This document shows, piece by piece, positions 59,920 through 64,000 of a stretch of DNA of 64,000 nt. The notes under the pieces are model-generated. The model made no database searches, was not told where the DNA came from, and saw only the letters and a program-made list of their open reading frames with translations. Each line of letters begins with the position of its first letter. Position 1 is the stretch's first letter. The translations under genes were made by a program, and so were the position numbers. This DNA comes from an uncultured Verrucomicrobiae bacterium (GTDB lineage: Bacteria; Verrucomicrobiota; Verrucomicrobiia; Limisphaerales; UBA11358): NCBI GenBank assembly GCA_963762585.1, contig CAVXLF010000020.1:33913-97912 (forward strand), written 5' to 3'.

Positions 59920-60810
59920 ATGGTCAAAGCGGATTATGTTATTATCAGTCCCGTCAGAAACGAGGCACAGTTTCTCGGGGCGGCTATCGCTTCGGTCGTC
60001 GCGCAAACGGTCCGACCTCGATTATGGGTCCTGGTGGATGACGGATCCTCGGACGAGACCGGACGGATCATTGAGGCGGCGGCCCGCGGCCACGAATGGA
60101 TCAAGGCGGTTCGCCGGGCCGACCGGGGCAGCCGTCGCGCCGGGAGCGGTGTGATGGAGGCGTTTTACGACGGTTACCGGCTCGTGGAGGGGGAGTCCTG
60201 GCAGTTCATTGTAAAGCTGGACGGGGATTTGTCGTTTGGCCCGGACTATTTTGAAAAATGTTTTGAAGTCTTCCAGGTGGAGCCGCGGTTGGGGATTGGC
60301 GGTGGAACGTGCTGCAAATCAGCGGACGGTAAAACGGTGCCTGAATTCACGGGCGAACCGGCGTTTCATGTCCGGGGGCCGTCGAAAATTTATCGGCGGG
60401 CCTGCTTCGAGGCCATTGGCGGGCTGATCAAGGCGCCGGGCTGGGACACGGTTGACCTGATCAAGGCGAATATGCTTGGGTGGTCAACCCGGACGTTCCC
60501 GGAAATCAAACTGATTCATCATCGTCCGACGGGGGGGGCTTACAGTTCGTGGTCCAACTGGACGAAGAATGGTTTCGCCAATTATGTGGTAGGATATCAT
60601 CCCTTGTTCATGATGTTGAAATGCGCGCGGCGACTCTTCAAGCGGCCATATGGCCTGGGCGCCCTCGCCTTGATGGTCGGATTTTGGCGCGGGTATCTGC
60701 GGCGGATTCCGCAGGTCGATGATCGGGAGGTCATCCGCTTTCTGCGCCGCCAACAACTGAATTTTCTGATGGGACGCAAGAGCCTCTGGAAGGCTGAAAC
60801 CGGAAGCTGA
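59920..60810 (+). CDS. GT2 glycosyltransferase
   Basis: ISPVRNE, VDDGSSD, KLDGD, GWD. Confidence 0.88.
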   Translation: MVKADYVIISPVRNEAQFLGAAIASVVAQTVRPRLWVLVDDGSSDETGRIIEAAARGHEWIKAVRRADRGSRRAGSGVMEAFYDGYRLVEGESWQFIVKLDGDLSFGPDYFEKCFEVFQVEPRLGIGGGTCCKSADGKTVPEFTGEPAFHVRGPSKIYRRACFEAIGGLIKAPGWDTVDLIKANMLGWSTRTFPEIKLIHHRPTGGAYSSWSNWTKNGFANYVVGYHPLFMMLKCARRLFKRPYGLGALALMVGFWRGYLRRIPQVDDREVIRFLRRQQLNFLMGRKSLWKAETGS

Positions 60811-60849
60811 GTTCAAACTTTCCTCTGAGGGTGGCAACCAGATCCTGAT

Positions 60850-62775
60850 ATGTGCGGAATTTGTGGCAAGTTGTTTTATAATTCGGAAAATCACGTCGAG
60901 CCCGATTTGATTGAACGGATGATGGTCAAGTTGAACCATCGTGGGCCGGATGGCCGGGGTAAATACCTGGCCGGTCAGGTTGGGCTGGGGCATACCCGGC
61001 TTTCGATCATTGATCTGGGCGGTGGTGCGCAGCCCATATCCAACGAGGACAAGAGCGTCTGGATTGTTTTCAACGGCGAGATTTACAATTTTCCGGAATT
61101 GCGCGAGCAGCTGATCAAACAGGGGCATGTGTTCCGCTCCTCCTCGGACACGGAGGTGATTGTTCATCTCTACGAGCAGCATGGGGTGGATTGCGTGTCC
61201 CGGCTCCAGGGCATGTTTGCCTTCGCGATCTGGGATGAGCGGCAAAAGACCTTTTTCTGCGCCCGGGATCGCGTCGGGATAAAGCCCCTTTACTACGCGG
61301 ACACGGGCAAGGCCTTCATCTTTGGTTCCGAGATTAAGGCCTTGTTGGTGGACCCGGACATTCGCCGCGATATCGATCTTCAGGCGATAGACAATTTTCT
61401 CGCTTACACGTATATCCCGGGGGAACGCACCCTGTTCCAAGGCGTCCGGAAACTTGAGCCGGGCCATTATGTGCTGATCAAGGACGGGAAAAGCACCTTC
61501 AAGCAATATTGGGACCTCCGGTTTGCACCTGACCCGAACTGGAAAAATATCGATGAAGCGTGCGAGGCGCTGCGGGCACTGTTGAAAAAGACCGTCAAAC
61601 AGCACATGATCAGCGATGTGCCGGTGGGCATTCTTTTGAGTGGAGGGGTTGATTCCACCGTGGTGCTCAGTTGTGCCGTGGAGGAGACCCCGAAAAGAAT
61701 TCAGACTTTCACCGTGGGCTTCGCTGGCGCTGATTTTGCCGATGAGCGTCCCTATGCCCGGTTGGCGGCGGAACGGTTCGGAGCCGAGCATCATGACCTT
61801 ACGATTTCGCCCCATGAATTTTCCAGTTTCATGGGGGATTACATCTACCACATGGAGGAACCGGTATACGAGGCTCCGGCGGTTGCCTTGCATTACGTCT
61901 CCAAACTCGCGCGACAATATGTAAAAGTGGTGCTCTCGGGTGAAGGTGGCGACGAGGCGTTCGGTGGTTACCACAATTACCGGAACCTGCTGCTGCTGGA
62001 AAAGATCAAATCAATCCTTGGTCCGGCCGGCAGTTCGGTCCTGTCCCAGCTGGTTCAAACGGCGGGCCGGCTCAACGGATCCGACCGGCTCGGGAAATAT
62101 GCCGATTTGCTCCGCGTTCCTTTGGCATCGTATTACTACAGTCGCCGCTCGACTCCCTTCAGCTATTTTTGCCGGGCTCGGGCCCGTTTTTATTCCAAAC
62201 AATTGCTCGCGGACACCGACTCTTTGCAGCCGGCTGAAATCTGTCGCCGGCTTTTCGCGCAGGTGAGCGGAGCGCACCAACTGAACCAGATGCTGTATGT
62301 GGACACCAAAACCTGGTTGCCCGACGATCTTCTGGTCAAGGCTGACAAGATGACGATGGCGAATTCCCTCGAGCTTCGGGTGCCGCTGCTGGATCACCTG
62401 GTCCTCGAATTTGCGGCCAGCCTTCCCCCGGACTTCAAAGTCAAGGGCCTCGCGACCAAGCGCATCCTGAAGCGGGCGTATTCCGGTCGCATCCCGGACG
62501 CGATCATGAGCCGGAAGAAGGTCGGTTTCCCGGTTCCCATCGCCCAGTGGCTCCGAACGGATTTAAAGGCGTACGTGCAGGACAATCTGCTGAGCGCCGC
62601 AGCCCTGAATCGCGGTTACTTTCAGAAAGAAGCGGTCGTGCGGCTCTTGAACGAATGTTTCGCGGGCCGGCCGGTAACGACGGAAGTCTTTTCCCTGCTG
62701 GCGCTGGAGCTGTGGCACCAGAAATTTTTGGACCCGGGTCCTTCAATGACGGGTGCGGCACCGGTTCCGGCATGA
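60850..62775 (+). CDS. asnB: Asparagine synthase-like amidotransferase (polysaccharide cluster)
   Basis: MCGICG, HRGPD, RLSIID, FNGEIYN, LSGGVDS, SGEGGDE, ELRVPLLD. Confidence 0.93.
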   Translation: MCGICGKLFYNSENHVEPDLIERMMVKLNHRGPDGRGKYLAGQVGLGHTRLSIIDLGGGAQPISNEDKSVWIVFNGEIYNFPELREQLIKQGHVFRSSSDTEVIVHLYEQHGVDCVSRLQGMFAFAIWDERQKTFFCARDRVGIKPLYYADTGKAFIFGSEIKALLVDPDIRRDIDLQAIDNFLAYTYIPGERTLFQGVRKLEPGHYVLIKDGKSTFKQYWDLRFAPDPNWKNIDEACEALRALLKKTVKQHMISDVPVGILLSGGVDSTVVLSCAVEETPKRIQTFTVGFAGADFADERPYARLAAERFGAEHHDLTISPHEFSSFMGDYIYHMEEPVYEAPAVALHYVSKLARQYVKVVLSGEGGDEAFGGYHNYRNLLLLEKIKSILGPAGSSVLSQLVQTAGRLNGSDRLGKYADLLRVPLASYYYSRRSTPFSYFCRARARFYSKQLLADTDSLQPAEICRRLFAQVSGAHQLNQMLYVDTKTWLPDDLLVKADKMTMANSLELRVPLLDHLVLEFAASLPPDFKVKGLATKRILKRAYSGRIPDAIMSRKKVGFPVPIAQWLRTDLKAYVQDNLLSAAALNRGYFQKEAVVRLLNECFAGRPVTTEVFSLLALELWHQKFLDPGPSMTGAAPVPA

Positions 62776-62844
62776 AATGCCGGTTCCCGCCTTCCGATTT
62801 TTTATCCGTGACCCGGTTGGCTGCGGATTGGGCATGGTTGTTTA

Positions 62845-64000
62845 ATGAACTTCATTGGCGCATCGATTCTTGCGGTTGTCCTGGCCGTCGTCTGTTTTGC
62901 GTCGCGACGTTGGGCGGTGATCGGCTTCATGGGAGGGGTCCTTTACCTCACGCAGGGACAACAGGTTGATTTTTTTGGGGTCAGCGTTTACGCCATCCGG
63001 TTCGTGGAATTGGGGGCCTTTATCCGGGTCATGCTTCGCCGGGAGTTTGCTTTTTCGAATTTGACCCGGATCGACAAGCTGCTGCTGCTTTTGTATGCCT
63101 ACACGACGGTCATTTTTTTGCTTCGCTCCACGGTGGGGCAGGTGAACCAGATTGGTGCCACCATCGATGCCTATTTATGCTACTTTTCCTTCCGGGGCCT
63201 GGTGGGCGGGGTTGAGAGTTTCCGCTGGTTCCTCCGAAACTTGCTCCTGCTTCTGGTTCCGTACGCGGCGCTGATCTTGTACGAAAGCATTTTTCAGCAA
63301 AACCTCTTTCAATATCTGGGCGTGCTGGTTTCCGAGGAATGGCTGCGCGGTGGCCGGCCTCGCTGCCAGGGCAGCTTTCGCATTGCGAGCCTGCTCGGCT
63401 GTGTTTTTGCAAGTTTTCTGCCTCTTTATATCGGACTTTGGTTTTCAAAAATTGAACGCAAGACGGCCATCCTGGGCATCGTGCTTTGCCTGCTGATTGT
63501 CTGGGCCTCGAATTCAGGCGGACCGGCCAGCGCGGTTGCGGTGGTCATGGTGGGGTGGGCATTTTGGAAACTACGAACGAAAATGAAACTGGTCCGGCGC
63601 GGCATGGTGGCTGGATTGGTGGTTTTGGCGGTATTCATGAATGCGCCGGTCTGGTATATCATCGCCAAGGTCAGTTCGGTCACCGGTGGCGCGGGCTGGC
63701 ACCGGGCACGTCTGCTCGACATGGCTTTCCAGCATCTTGATCTCTGGTGGCTCTGGGGCATGCCGATCAAGGATACTGCGGATTGGTTTCCGTATGTGCT
63801 GTCGATCACCGGCGGGGCCGACATCACCAACCAATTTCTGGCCTTCGGCATCAGTGCCGGGCTTTTGGCGCTATTATTGTTCTGCGCGATGTTGATCCAG
63901 GCTTACCAGAAAATCGGGCAGGCCCTGACAAGCGTCCGTTCCCACGGCGGGGATCAAGCTCTGACCGAACCCATCTTGTGGGGTTTGGGAGTGATGCTGA
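62845..64000 (+). CDS. O-antigen ligase/Wzy-like polysaccharide polymerase (partial, runs off window)
   Basis: Manual translation MNFIGASILAVVLAVV...RCQGSF...SNSGGP...GWHRARL...DITNQF; multi-TM and open to window end. Confidence 0.75.
   Translation, partial: MNFIGASILAVVLAVVCFASRRWAVIGFMGGVLYLTQGQQVDFFGVSVYAIRFVELGAFIRVMLRREFAFSNLTRIDKLLLLLYAYTTVIFLLRSTVGQVNQIGATIDAYLCYFSFRGLVGGVESFRWFLRNLLLLLVPYAALILYESIFQQNLFQYLGVLVSEEWLRGGRPRCQGSFRIASLLGCVFASFLPLYIGLWFSKIERKTAILGIVLCLLIVWASNSGGPASAVAVVMVGWAFWKLRTKMKLVRRGMVAGLVVLAVFMNAPVWYIIAKVSSVTGGAGWHRARLLDMAFQHLDLWWLWGMPIKDTADWFPYVLSITGGADITNQFLAFGISAGLLALLLFCAMLIQAYQKIGQALTSVRSHGGDQALTEPILWGLGVML

Overview
High-GC bacterial chromosome segment, most likely Verrucomicrobiota (Pedosphaerales-like). 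This assignment is inferred from gene content (Minf_1886-family protein, DUF1800/DUF1501 pair, C-terminal 'RFYR' domain protein). Positions 1-46 kb are mostly housekeeping: proS, recO-DUF502-ybeY-phoH, lpxB, plsY-gpsA, thrH, nadK-tlyA, pilT/pilU, grpE-dnaJ-rsmE, rpsT, rpe, a phosphohexomutase, two hybrid histidine kinases and two GT-C/TPR membrane proteins. From about 47 kb to the end lies a polysaccharide cluster headed by an RfaH/NusG-type antiterminator. The most striking signal is a family of short elements made of three tandem 8-11-bp units in inverted orientation. One pair precisely brackets an AT-rich EVE-HNH restriction gene wedged between a gnnA-like gene and lpxB, and cargo-free versions occur at about 14.25 kb and 16.0 kb. 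This suggests a transposase-free, repeat-bounded gene cassette system (inference). Heptamer tandem repeats and a REP-like palindrome also sit in-frame inside conserved genes (lpxB, ybeY, rsmE, a MidA-like methyltransferase). Other points: an unannotated 43-aa membrane peptide, a MazF-type TA module coupled to phoH, a Wzc pseudokinase, repeated leaderless-type TANNNT-N6/7-start promoters, and five frameshifts clustered at 15-21.3 kb (probably assembly errors). No tRNA, rRNA, CRISPR array or transposase was seen.
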